Virus record (IMG/VR): IMGVR_UViG_3300025645_000062 | Location: 4,275 to 68,274 of that record | Reading direction: 5' to 3' (one strand) | DNA: 64,000 bases | DNA from: a virus | Part shown: one piece after another, positions 8,660 through 19,700 of the stretch | How positions within the stretch are numbered: the first letter of the stretch is position 1 | Layout: every line of letters starts with the position of its first letter | Position numbers and translations under genes: made by a program | Notes under the pieces: model-generated | The model's input: the letters and a program-made list of their open reading frames with translations, nothing else | Database searches by the model: none | Told to the model about the DNA's origin: nothing

Positions 8660-10822
8660 ATGATTTTAAAAGATTTGGATACTGTTCAACATCATCCTAT
8701 TTCTGAAAAAGTGGTAGATGTTCTACGGCAACGCACACAAAATACGGAAAGTGATAGTTACTTTCGCACTGTAACTTCATTTTATTTTGCTCTTATGGCT
8801 GCGTCTATGAGAACCAATGTACTAACTCACGACCGAGGTGTATTACCTGTAAACTTATATGCTTTATGTACTGGCGAATCAGGTATCGGTAAAGGTTTTA
8901 GTATGAACATTATTGAAAACACTTTACTTAAAGGGTTTAGAGATAAATTCACTGAAGACACTTTTCATAACGTAGCTGAACTAGCCATTGAAAAAGAAGC
9001 TATACGTTTAGCACAACGTCATGGCACAGACTTTGATGAAGAGTTAACTAAGCTTACAACTGAAGCATCTTCATATGGTGATGTACCATTTTCATTTGCA
9101 GAGGGTAGTGCTCCAGCCTATAAACAAATACGTTCTGCTTGTCAGTTATCTACTATTGGTGCCACTAATTACATCGTTGATGAAGTTGGTTCAAACCTAG
9201 GTAATGCTCAAGAATTATGGAATACACTGCTTGAATGTTTTGATGGTGGTTTAGTAAAAGATAAAATTACTAAAAATTCTTCCGACAATAAACGTTATAA
9301 ACAACGTCATACTCCTGTACCCAGTAACATGCTTGCCTTTGGTACTCCATCTAAATTGTTAGATGGTGGTAAAACTGAAGCAGAGTTTATGACTTTACTT
9401 GAAACTGGTTATGGCCGTAGATTTATGTACGGAGTAGGTCATGTAGGTAAAGCTGAACATGTATCTGCAGAAGATTTGTATGATAAATTAGTTAAAAGTA
9501 TTTCATCTACAGATGTAAGTTACTTAGTAAATTTATTTACTAATTTAGCAGATACTGCAAACTTTGATCGAATGGTTGAAGTGCAGCGTAACGAAGGTAT
9601 TATTCTTCTCCAGTATAAACTTAATTGTGAAGCTTTAGCTATGCAGTTTGGTGATCATGAAGCCATACCAAGAGCACAACTAGAGCATAGATATTTTAAC
9701 GCACTTAAACTATCTGCTACTTATGCATTTATTGATAGCACACCTAATATAACTGAAGATCAACTTTATGCTGCTATTAAAGTTGTAGAGGAATCAGGTC
9801 AAGCTTTTAAAGATATTTACCATAGACCTAAAAACTATGTGAGGTTAGCTAAGTATATTGCATCCGTAGATGGTGAGGTTACGCACGCAGATATTGTAGT
9901 TGCTTTACCTTTTTATCCATCTGCTAAGAACAAGCAGGAAGAGTTATTATCGCTTGCAACAGCTTGGGGGTACAAACACCACCACATCATTAAACGTTAC
10001 ATTGCAGACGGTATTGAGTTCTTCAGTGGTGAATCTTTACAAGAGGTAAACCTAGATAAAATAGGTATTTCATACGTTCAAGCAGCAAGCCATGCTAATG
10101 CTACTGAAGGTTTTGTGTACCAAGAGTTAAAGTGGGAAAATCAAATAAGTCAGTTGTGTCAACATACTAATGTACATTGGTTGAACCATGCTTTAAATGA
10201 AGGTTACCGTGATGATGAACATGTTATAGCAGGGTTCAACATTATTGTTTTAGACATAGATAGTGGAGCAAGTTTTGAAACAGTACGTACACTGTTAAAA
10301 GACACCACTGCGTATATGTATACTACTAAACGTAACACTCCTGAAATCAATAGGTTTAGAGTAGTAATACCTCTAAAGTATGTACTCAAAATGAGTAAAA
10401 AAGATTACAAAGAGTTTATGAATAACATCATGAGTCACTTTCCTTTTGAAATTGATGAATGCTCAAACCAGCGAAGTAAGAAATGGTTATCTCATACTGG
10501 TTCTGGTTCCTACATCGAGGGTGAACTATTTAACCCTCTACCTTTTATACCCAAAACTCAAAAAAATGCTGATCGTGAATCTCAGAATAAGCAATTATCT
10601 AATTTACCTAAGGTAGAGCAGTACTTTGCTAAGCAGTGGAACTCAGGTCGAAATAATACCCTTTTGGCTTACGGGATGATGTTATTGGACAGTGGGATTG
10701 ACCTTTACGAATCACAACAAAGACTGCGTGCTTTTAATGATTCATTTAGTGATCCTCTTTCTGATGACGAACTAAATAACTCAGTGTTTATAACCATGAG
10801 TAAAAAATCAATTAAGGAGTAA
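8660..10822 (+). CDS. DNA primase / replication protein (N4 gp43 Dns-like)
   Basis: N-terminal P-loop GESGIGKG and VDE; AEP-like LDID, YTTKR, RFRVVIP; C-terminal PriCT-like GRNNTL; N4 synteny. Confidence 0.8.
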   Translation: MILKDLDTVQHHPISEKVVDVLRQRTQNTESDSYFRTVTSFYFALMAASMRTNVLTHDRGVLPVNLYALCTGESGIGKGFSMNIIENTLLKGFRDKFTEDTFHNVAELAIEKEAIRLAQRHGTDFDEELTKLTTEASSYGDVPFSFAEGSAPAYKQIRSACQLSTIGATNYIVDEVGSNLGNAQELWNTLLECFDGGLVKDKITKNSSDNKRYKQRHTPVPSNMLAFGTPSKLLDGGKTEAEFMTLLETGYGRRFMYGVGHVGKAEHVSAEDLYDKLVKSISSTDVSYLVNLFTNLADTANFDRMVEVQRNEGIILLQYKLNCEALAMQFGDHEAIPRAQLEHRYFNALKLSATYAFIDSTPNITEDQLYAAIKVVEESGQAFKDIYHRPKNYVRLAKYIASVDGEVTHADIVVALPFYPSAKNKQEELLSLATAWGYKHHHIIKRYIADGIEFFSGESLQEVNLDKIGISYVQAASHANATEGFVYQELKWENQISQLCQHTNVHWLNHALNEGYRDDEHVIAGFNIIVLDIDSGASFETVRTLLKDTTAYMYTTKRNTPEINRFRVVIPLKYVLKMSKKDYKEFMNNIMSHFPFEIDECSNQRSKKWLSHTGSGSYIEGELFNPLPFIPKTQKNADRESQNKQLSNLPKVEQYFAKQWNSGRNNTLLAYGMMLLDSGIDLYESQQRLRAFNDSFSDPLSDDELNNSVFITMSKKSIKE

Positions 10823-10824
10823 GT

Positions 10825-11169
10825 ATGATAGATATTAATGTAATAAGTATAAAAGAAGCGTATGAGTTACGTGTTGTTTTAAACAATATGATCCACACCC
10901 ATGAAACTAATGCGATGGACGTATTAATGAAAGGTGAAACTCACCCAGACTTTGCTTTGAAACAAGGTAACAAAATACGTGCATGGAATGATACAGACAG
11001 TATGATCCAATTGTTACGTGATAGTGGGTATACAAGTACTGACATCTACAATGTCAAAGTTAAGGGTATTCCCGCCATAGTAAAACTTACTAAAGAAACT
11101 GAAATAGACATTGAACAGTTTATTGAAGTATCTCGTAACAAATCCACTTTAGTTTACACAGGAGAATAA
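10825..11169 (+). CDS. Hypothetical protein resembling the DUF2800 C-terminal region
   Basis: GETHPDFALKQGNKIRAWND...IYNVKVKGIPAIVKL resembles the G..PG.KLV.G...R.W.D pattern; AAGGAG RBS. Confidence 0.55.
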   Translation: MIDINVISIKEAYELRVVLNNMIHTHETNAMDVLMKGETHPDFALKQGNKIRAWNDTDSMIQLLRDSGYTSTDIYNVKVKGIPAIVKLTKETEIDIEQFIEVSRNKSTLVYTGE

Positions 11170-11171
11170 TA

Positions 11172-11888
11172 ATGACTAACCGTACAATTTTAATTGCAGG
11201 TATGTCAAACACGGGTAAATCAACAAGCTTACGTAACCTTAAGAATAGAGCAGGATATGCCTATTTAAATTGTGACGATAAAGCTCTACCAATCGGTGGT
11301 GCTAAAGCTTTCTTGACAAACCAACGTGTAACAAACCCACATGATATTTTTCAGTATTACCATCAGCTCGAAGCAGCTGAAAAGTGTACTGGTATTGTGC
11401 TCGATACACTCACTCATCTTATGGCAGCATACGAACGTAAAGTAGTTGATGTTTCAGACGAAGGTTTTGGTGCGTGGAAAGATTATGGTAATTACTATAA
11501 AGGAATAAACGACCTTATTAAAGGCTCCAACAAAACTAACATTATTATGGCTCATACTGATACCCAACTAGTGGGTATGGATATGATTTCTAAAATTCTT
11601 GTTAAAGGTTCTGTGGGTAAGCTTGGTGTAGAAGCTGATCATTCAATTGTAGTTACTTCTAAACAGATGCCAATCTCTCAGTTAATGGAATTTGAAACTC
11701 CATTGCTAAGTTACACTGATCAAGAAAAAGCTACAGGTATGAAATATGTATTCTCAACAATGCTTAACAAGCAGACTGTTGGTGATCGTACTCGTGCTCC
11801 TTTAGATTTCTGGCAAACAAACGAAATGTATATCGACAATGATATTCAAATCGTACTTGATCGCTTTGACGAATTCTATGGAGAATAA
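11172..11888 (+). CDS. AAA-family (Sak4-like) ATPase (N4 gp44-like)
   Basis: GMSNTGKS Walker A, IVLDT Walker B, IMAH; N4 synteny. Confidence 0.8.
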   Translation: MTNRTILIAGMSNTGKSTSLRNLKNRAGYAYLNCDDKALPIGGAKAFLTNQRVTNPHDIFQYYHQLEAAEKCTGIVLDTLTHLMAAYERKVVDVSDEGFGAWKDYGNYYKGINDLIKGSNKTNIIMAHTDTQLVGMDMISKILVKGSVGKLGVEADHSIVVTSKQMPISQLMEFETPLLSYTDQEKATGMKYVFSTMLNKQTVGDRTRAPLDFWQTNEMYIDNDIQIVLDRFDEFYGE

Positions 11889-11889
11889 C

Positions 11890-12450
11890 ATGGTAACCGT
11901 AATGGGTATTGATCAATCACTTACCTGCACGGGTGTCGTGGTGTTAGATATTATGCCTCATTTGGGGGAACGTAGTCCCTTAATTGAGGTAGATTACTCT
12001 GGTTCAATCAAAACTGTAAAGGGTGAAGATGATTTTATATTCGATACCCTTACAAGAGGGAACCATATTGTAGAAGAGTTACTGGAAATTGCCCAAGATC
12101 ATGGTGTAGATGTCATTTGTTTTGAGACACCTTCACTTGCCTCTAAAGGCAATGCCACTCGAACACTTCCTATGTTGTTAGGAATGATCCTCAAGGGCTT
12201 AAATGAGGTGGTAAAACAGCGTGGTATAGAAATGTATCATGTAGCCCCAAAATCGCTTAAAAAGATTGCTACGGGTTCAGGAAATGCAGGTAAAGAAGAG
12301 ATGTTTAACCAGCTCCAAATAGACTGCCCTGAACTGTACAATGATTTATTAGGCAAACCCAAGAATGTAGGTAGATACGATATTACTGATGCCTACTATC
12401 TTGCCAAGCAGGGATACTCTCTGCACATTCAATCTGAAATAAGTAATTAA
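11890..12450 (+). CDS. RuvC-like Holliday junction resolvase (N4 gp46-like)
   Basis: GIDQSLTCTG, CFE, P..LKK.ATGSGNA.KE.M, DITDA; ATG 11890 with GGAG RBS preferred over the ORF-track start 11839. Confidence 0.85.
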   Translation: MVTVMGIDQSLTCTGVVVLDIMPHLGERSPLIEVDYSGSIKTVKGEDDFIFDTLTRGNHIVEELLEIAQDHGVDVICFETPSLASKGNATRTLPMLLGMILKGLNEVVKQRGIEMYHVAPKSLKKIATGSGNAGKEEMFNQLQIDCPELYNDLLGKPKNVGRYDITDAYYLAKQGYSLHIQSEISN

Positions 12451-12465
12451 ATAGGAAATTAAAAC

Positions 12466-13203
12466 ATGCCATTAGATATTTTTAACATCGAAGCAGACGT
12501 AGAAGTACAAGAAGAACGCGATTCAGTTGGTTTTAAAGCGTGGGAAAGTGGATTATATCCAGCAACCCTTAAAGCCGCTTTCTTAGGTGAATTTGCCTCA
12601 GGTTCAAAATATATTGAAGTTGTTACTGAAATACGTAACCCTGAAACAGGTGAAACACTAAACCATAGTGAACGTGAAACTGTATGGTCAGCTAACACTC
12701 AAGGCCCATTTTACCTTGACAAGAAAACTAAAGCTAAAAAGCAGCTTATAGGTCTATCTAAGATGAATTCTTTAGGTGAGTTACTTACAGGTGACGCGCT
12801 AAAATCTTCAACATTTACACCTAAATTCCATAACGTTTACAGTAAAGAAGCAAACGGTATGGTACCTGCTGAATTACCCACTTTAGTTGATTGGTGTGGT
12901 AAGGAAATTTATGTAGGTCTTCAAAAGATTATTGCCAATAAACAAGTAAAACAAGGCAAAACTTATGTAGATATTACAGAAACTCGTGAATTCAACGAAG
13001 TAAATAAATTCTTTGATGAAAATAAACGTTCAAATCTTGAAGTCAAACGTGATACAAAAGCTGTATTTTATGATGATTGGCTTAAAGCTAATGAAAAGAA
13101 AACCAAAGATAAATCTAAAGCAGTTGTTGGTGGCGCAGGTGCTGCCCCTGTAGCAGGTGGAGTACCATCCGCTTCTGCAGCACCGTTACAATTTAACTCG
13201 TAG
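12466..13203 (+). CDS. ssb: Single-stranded DNA-binding protein (N4 gp45-like; late transcription activator in N4)
   Basis: ESGLYPATLKAA, ETREFNEVNKFF, flexible Ala/Gly/Pro tail ending LQFNS; N4 synteny. Confidence 0.8.
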   Translation: MPLDIFNIEADVEVQEERDSVGFKAWESGLYPATLKAAFLGEFASGSKYIEVVTEIRNPETGETLNHSERETVWSANTQGPFYLDKKTKAKKQLIGLSKMNSLGELLTGDALKSSTFTPKFHNVYSKEANGMVPAELPTLVDWCGKEIYVGLQKIIANKQVKQGKTYVDITETREFNEVNKFFDENKRSNLEVKRDTKAVFYDDWLKANEKKTKDKSKAVVGGAGAAPVAGGVPSASAAPLQFNS

Positions 13204-13222
13204 TTAAATATACTTGCAGATT

Positions 13223-13250
13223 AAGGGGAGCAGATGCTCCTCTTTTATTT
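13223..13250 (+). terminator. Rho-independent terminator
   Basis: AAGGGGAGC-AGAT-GCTCCTCTTTTATTT after ssb. Confidence 0.8.
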
Positions 13251-13271
13251 ACTTAAAATTAAGGAAAAATT

Positions 13272-13649
13272 ATGATTGAATTTGAAATCATACAAAAAAT
13301 TAAAGTTAAAACTTTATCTGAAGATGTTATTCGGGAAATACTAATCAAAGAAATTCAAAAACAAATTCCAGAAGCACATGTTAATGGAATTGAGTTTATT
13401 ATTAAACGTAATCCTACTCGAGTTGAGTTAGAAGTTGATGCAGATTATGCAACAAGTAGTTTAACACCTCCAGTAGGATTAGCTATTCCTAGAACTGCCT
13501 CATTAAATAAAACTCCTGCAGAACCAGTTGTAGATAAACATTCAGAATCAAAAGAAGAAGTCTTAAAAGATTTAGTCTTAGATAACCCTGCAATAGAACC
13601 AGAAGCACTTAAACCTGCTGCAGATATAGCGAGTATGTTTACATTATAA
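13272..13649 (+). CDS. Hypothetical protein
   Basis: 125-aa ORF with AAGGA RBS. Confidence 0.7.
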   Translation: MIEFEIIQKIKVKTLSEDVIREILIKEIQKQIPEAHVNGIEFIIKRNPTRVELEVDADYATSSLTPPVGLAIPRTASLNKTPAEPVVDKHSESKEEVLKDLVLDNPAIEPEALKPAADIASMFTL

Positions 13650-13667
13650 ATAACTTGGGAGAAGTGT

Positions 13668-13727
13668 ATGGATGAAGAGGTAGCAGAAGCTGTAGTTAAA
13701 GTTCTTGATTGGTTCTTTGATCTTTAA
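13668..13727 (+). CDS. Putative 19-aa microprotein
   Basis: MDEEVAEAVVKVLDWFFDL preceded by GGGAG and followed by a terminator hairpin. Confidence 0.4.
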   Translation: MDEEVAEAVVKVLDWFFDL

Positions 13728-13735
13728 CTACATTT

Positions 13736-13756
13736 AGTGGGGAAATTTTCCCCACT
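13736..13756. terminator. Hairpin between convergent middle and late transcription units
   Basis: AGTGGGGAAA-T-TTTCCCCACT perfect inverted repeat. Confidence 0.7.
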
Positions 13757-13766
13757 TCTGCTAAAC

Positions 13767-16700
13767 CTATAAAAGAAGGTGTGCGTCCGAAGCCATACCC
13801 AAAAAGTTTACTGTACCTGTTGCAGCAACTAAATCTTTATTAATTAAGGAAGTTTCAAACAACGAAGGAACCCCTAACTGAATTGCTGCCAGTATTTGTA
13901 CAATAGTTCTTGATGGACTCTTCTTAATTGTAGCCCACATAACAGGGTGTTTACGCATAAAATATTTAAAGAAAGGTGTAACCCCTAATTTATTTGCGTA
14001 ATCCATTAAAGGATTTTGGTTCCTGTTATAGTTAATAAACTCACTACGAGCCTGTTCAATAGCATCTTCATGTGACATACCTTCTTGGGTTGTTAAATGT
14101 GTATACAGAATAAACTTAGATACAAAATCTCCTAATTCTAAACCCTCGTTTAATAATTTATATACGCTAGAATCTTGTGTAATTGCCACTTCTTTACCTA
14201 CGTTTACAAAAGCGTTATTTTCAGGTAATGCATCTTCAAACTTTGCAGACAAATTTTCTAAAAACTTTTTACGAAAACCATCGCGTTTAGACTCTTCACC
14301 CAATTCTTCAATAACACTCGGATTCATTCCTTCTTCAGATATAAGTCTGAATAATGGATTAGACTCTCGAGACTGCTTAAGTAAAACAAACTCACTATTT
14401 AATTTAGCTTTTTCCTCTACATCCGTTACTATTTTAAGTTTAGCTTGAAGTATGTATAATCGCTCTGAAATTGTATCGTATTCCCTTTTAGCATTGACAC
14501 CCAATAAACCATTAGAATACACATCTTCAACTGGAACACCTCTACCCACTAATTGATTAATGTTTGACATAAGATTAGCAGCAGGAACAACTACGGATTT
14601 AACTACAACTAAGTCTTTACCTATCGAAACTACTTCTTGTGTTCCCAATTCAGCTTTACGTAATATATTAATTAATTTTGGATGAAATATTTTTTTCATA
14701 AGTTCAGTAACAGTACGCATATAGGTTTCTTCATCAAAACCTTTAGGTCTAAATAAAGCTTTAATTGAGACTTCTCTAAAACCTAACGCTTGATTAATAT
14801 CATCTCTATGCACGTATATTACAGGTTCACCAAAATAAGTTTTAGCAGTATCTTTCATTTCTTGTGGAGCTAACTGCCATGCTTCACGAACCTGTCTATT
14901 AGGTGAATCTACAGATACCCTTACCCAAGCTTTTTTATTACTGCTACTAGTATATTCAGCATATAATTCTTTAACTAATTCAACATTATTAAAAGTACCT
15001 AATTTTTCTGCCTGTAAACGTCCTGCGTACTCAGACAACATATCTGACCAGTCACCACTTACACCTGCAAGACGAGTATACTCAGCTCTAGGTAGTTCAT
15101 ATTTATAACTTACAATTTGACCTGACTGGTTTAAGTTAGGAACATATCCCCCTTTATCTATCGGAGAAGGTTCACGAATCTTACTGCTCATAGCCGCTGT
15201 ATAAGCTTTAGCATTGTTACTTGTAATTTCACCGCTATCCCATAAGTTTAATCCTTCAGACCTTACAGCACCTTTAGCAGCTAAGCTAATAGATGAATCA
15301 ATAAGGCTAATGGCACCACTTACGTATGGAACAGCTCCACCAACCTCGTTATAAATTACGTAGTGTTTTTCATCCGAGTGTGGAGCAGCTACTTCGTGTA
15401 GTACTTCATGGCTAGGAAATTCTGCTAATTGAGACTTAGAAACAATACGAATATTTGTATTCACATCTGTAATATCAGGAGTATTTCCTTTAGGTACTTG
15501 ATTTAAAATACCTAAACCGTATCGGTTAACTAAATCTGTCTGATTAGCTTTAATTTGAGCGTGAATTACATTAAATGCATCTCCTTGAGAATCATATAAT
15601 TCTGCAAGAATTTCACGAGTACCACTATCCATATACTGTATAGCGGATAATGCTGCTAATTGATCAAGCATAGGTACCAAAGTACTGTCTAAAGTAGGGC
15701 TGTACTCTACTTCTGCAGATGTACCTGTCAAACGGCTAATTGAATAAGCATTAGGATACCCCATACCCCGTGTAGCACCTCCTTGAACCAAACGATAACC
15801 TAAAGCTTTAGCTTCATTAATCATCATGGTTTGATGTGCTTTGGTTACATTAGGTACAGTTGTATTTAAAATTTGATTTTGAAGTATATTAATACGTGTG
15901 TTTCTAGTAGAAGCATCTTCTAAGAGCATTTGAACGTCTTTTACACTCATCCCATGCTCTTCTATCAAAGAACCTAAATCAGCCTTTATATCACCTTCTA
16001 CAATAGCTTTTGACTCATCTTTAGTTAAAGTTTTGCTAAAAATATCAGTTAAAATATTTTTTATACCCCGTGCAGTACCTGTGTGTACAGCATCTACTTT
16101 TGACTTACCTATATCAACTCGTCTATCCACCTTTACTGAGTGTGATTGAGTACGTTTAAGCATTTCAAGTAAGTTATTTCTCCAGAATCCTGGGACTGTA
16201 GTTTCGCCTTCTCCCCTAGGTGTATAATCCAAAATCATATCTGAAACACTTAGACCTTGAGGAATTTCCTTACCTGAGATTTTTGAAATAACTACTCGTG
16301 CTGTTTTAGCAAACTGTTTACCTACAAACTGAAAAGAAGCATCTAATTTTCTCTCGTAATTTACCAATTTATTGTTAAATTTATTATCAAACAGTTTTTT
16401 ACTTAAAAACATATTATCAATAGTCATTTGCGTTTGAAGACTTGCATCGCCTGCACGAATACCACTAAGCGCATTAGCAGATTTAACAACAGCGTCTCTT
16501 ATTACTTGTCTAACTTTTTCAAACCAGTTGGAATGCGTAGGAGTTGCTTCTTTAATATCTACTGTTTTTAAAGCTGCTTTTAGCTCTGGAGATACTTCAC
16601 TATAAGCTGCAAAACGAGCAACTCTATTAACATCATCAGTTTTAAACAATAAAGTGTGTACATCTGCTGCCATACGTAAGTGTGTTACATACGATGGATC

Positions 16701-19700
16701 ACTCTCTTTAATAGAAGCAGGAACCAAATCAGATACTTTAATAGTTTTGCTTGCTTGTAAATAAATTTTATCTAAGTGTCTTCTTTGGTAGTATTTATTA
16801 TCTCTACCTATAGAAAGAACACCTGTAAGTTGTGAAAGTATTTCTACTTCAGCATCAGTTAATGCTCCTTTTGCAGAAAGTATACGTAACTTGGAAGTAG
16901 AATCTTTTAGCACATTAGTGTATTTAATAAATTCTTTATAAGCTTTGGTATCTGATTTCTTAATACCACCTATATCATCATTATTATCAATAAGCTCTTT
17001 AATACCTATTTCTAACCCAGATATAGCATTCATTACTTTGTCTCGTAATTGTGCTAAACGATTAGTTTCTTCAGTTGTGTAAGATCTATCTGTAAATCTG
17101 TTATTTAATCTGTCTTCAGAGTTAAGTGGAACATCTGTTATAGGAAAAGTTTTATCCGTAGTTTTGACAATATTAGATGTTTTACCCATTTCAAACATAA
17201 ATGCTTGCAATAAAGTTACACGGTTAACACTATTATCATTGTTTTTAGGGAAATCTGCAGGATTAATCCAACTACCTACAAGACTGCTTAATAGTTTTGT
17301 TAAACTTTGTAATATTGCACCAATAATACCTACAACTTCAGTACCCACTTGATCAGTAATATCTTCCCGTAAATAGGAGTCAACACTCATATCTTCGGGG
17401 TTCTGGTTCAAATGCGCAGCATACTCTTGTATAAGCATATACTCTTTACGTACCCTATCTGAGTCAGTTTTACTAACTGTATTATTAATATCTTGTAATA
17501 CTAACCATAAATTATGTAGGGTAGGTTTACTCACTAGAGTATCTTCAGACAGAGTTAAAAACTTTTGCATATCTTGTTTGAATGCAGCGTACAGTTTATT
17601 CTGTTTAGACGTACCGTTCCCCCCAATTATGTTATTAAGTCCTCCAACCATATTTGCATGAGTTAGCTCATGTTGCATAGCAGTCATAGCTTCAGCAATT
17701 GAGATACCCTCAGGAATATATATAATTGGTGTAAAAGTAATTAAACCTGTTTTTGCATTAGGAGCACTTTTTTCAATAACATGCCTACCTTTAATATTGG
17801 TTGTTAAACCGTACTTAGTAAAATATTTTTTATCTACAATACGAATTACCTGACCATTTAAATTACTTTTAGTTATATTAGAATAATCATACTCTTTATT
17901 CTTCCTGTTCCATACAGGGTTTACTTGAAATAAAGTAGTATTTAATGAAGCAGGTAAACCTGAATCTTTATCAATTTTAGCTCCAAGGTTTACACGGTTA
18001 AGGTTAAAGTCTTTTAAAACTTCAGTAGTAATCTTTATTTCTGTAAAACCTTTTTCTTTACTAAAATCTTTAAAGGTACCTTTTGAAAGAATAATACCTG
18101 CAAGCTTTTCCATCATACTTACTTTATGAGATTTTTCAGATTTCTCAGGAACGTTTTCTAAAATAGGCACTTCAAGACTTAAACTGTCTTGAGTAGCAAT
18201 ACGGTTTTTAAATGATTTTTCAAACTCAACTATTTCAGGTAGTGTTTTAAGTTTGTCTATTTTAGCATCACTTAACCCTGATTCTTGTTGCATCTGGCTC
18301 CAGTTAAAAGAACCATCTGAGTTAATAAGAATAGCCGTACCATCAATACCCGCTAACTGATGAACCTTAATACCTCCATCACTTTTTGCTACATAATCTA
18401 ATCGTGAAATTTCACCTTGTTTAGCAGTTCTATTTAACTTCTGCTGTAAACGTTGTAAATGTTGGGCAATATCACCTGAACCAAGTAAATTAGTGTAATC
18501 TCCTGCTGTAGTTCTACCACCAAGTTCAGTACTTAACTCGTTTAAAAATTCAGCATAATCCGTTGTAAACTCCGCAGTACCACTTTCAAGTAATGAATTT
18601 AAACCTGTGATAATTACTTCCCCCTCAAAAAGAAGAGGCTTAGCGGAGGCTTCGAGAACACCTGTAAGTGTATCCGCTACTTCTTTAACTGGGTCAGCTT
18701 GCATAATCGTAAGTGTTTCAGCTAAATTAGTAATAAAAGCACCAAGAACTGCCTCTGATCCAGAAGAAATATCTTGTGCATCATATACATTCAGATGTAA
18801 GGTGCCTGTAACGGCTTTCATTAGCTTTGTTGTTAATCTTTGCATCTCAGCATCAATTGAAATAATTCCGTTAGGGTTTGCTGTTACACCTGCTTCTTTA
18901 AGAGGGGCAGCACCTGTGTGAACATCTTCAGGTGTTTTTGCTAATATGTCCGACTCAGTATCCACACTAAATACAGGTATTGTTGTTCCTTGCTGCTGTT
19001 TACTATCTTGTGCTCTTGCACGTTTATTAAGGAAAGTTAACCCCTCAATAGCTAAATCCATCTCAGGAAACATAGAAGATAAAGCTTGTTTAATTTTAGA
19101 TAAGTCTTCTTTACTTAATGAAGCTGTTGGAGGTAGTTTTCTTTTCTTAATTACAGCCTTAGTTAGTTTTACTTGAGCCATGTTATATAACGCAACCATC
19201 GTACCTGTTGCCATAGTAACTTGATCAGTTACATCTTTCGAACGGTAAAGTACATCAGATATGGCTCTATCTATAGACTTACCTAAAGTTTCTTTTACAT
19301 GTTTTGTAATATCTTCTTGTTGTTTATCTGTAAGAGTGTAATTAGATAGTTTAACATCATCCATTACAGGCACTGAATTACCTTCCCAAAATACATCGTT
19401 CCAACCTTTTAATTGAATGCGTTCAGGTGAGTTAATAGGGGTACCTATAGCAGCAGATACATCCATATAAAACTTAGCAAGAAAACCCTCACCAGATTTA
19501 GCCCCGTAAATTAAACCTGATACAAGTGCTTTTAATGAACCACCATACACAGTAGATGTAACCCCTGCTTTAGAAGCATTACGTTCAAATATTTCACCAA
19601 AGCCAACAAAAGATACTTGGTCTTTTAAAAATGCCCATGCTTTAGCTGTATCATCAGACAGTTCATCATTAGCTTTCATATTTTTTAAGTTATTTGTAGC

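Noticed and set aside
4819-10822. Inteins or introns in polymerase and primase genes
   Set aside because: ORFs are continuous and of normal N4-like length, with no LAGLIDADG/HNH inserts or intein junction motifs seen
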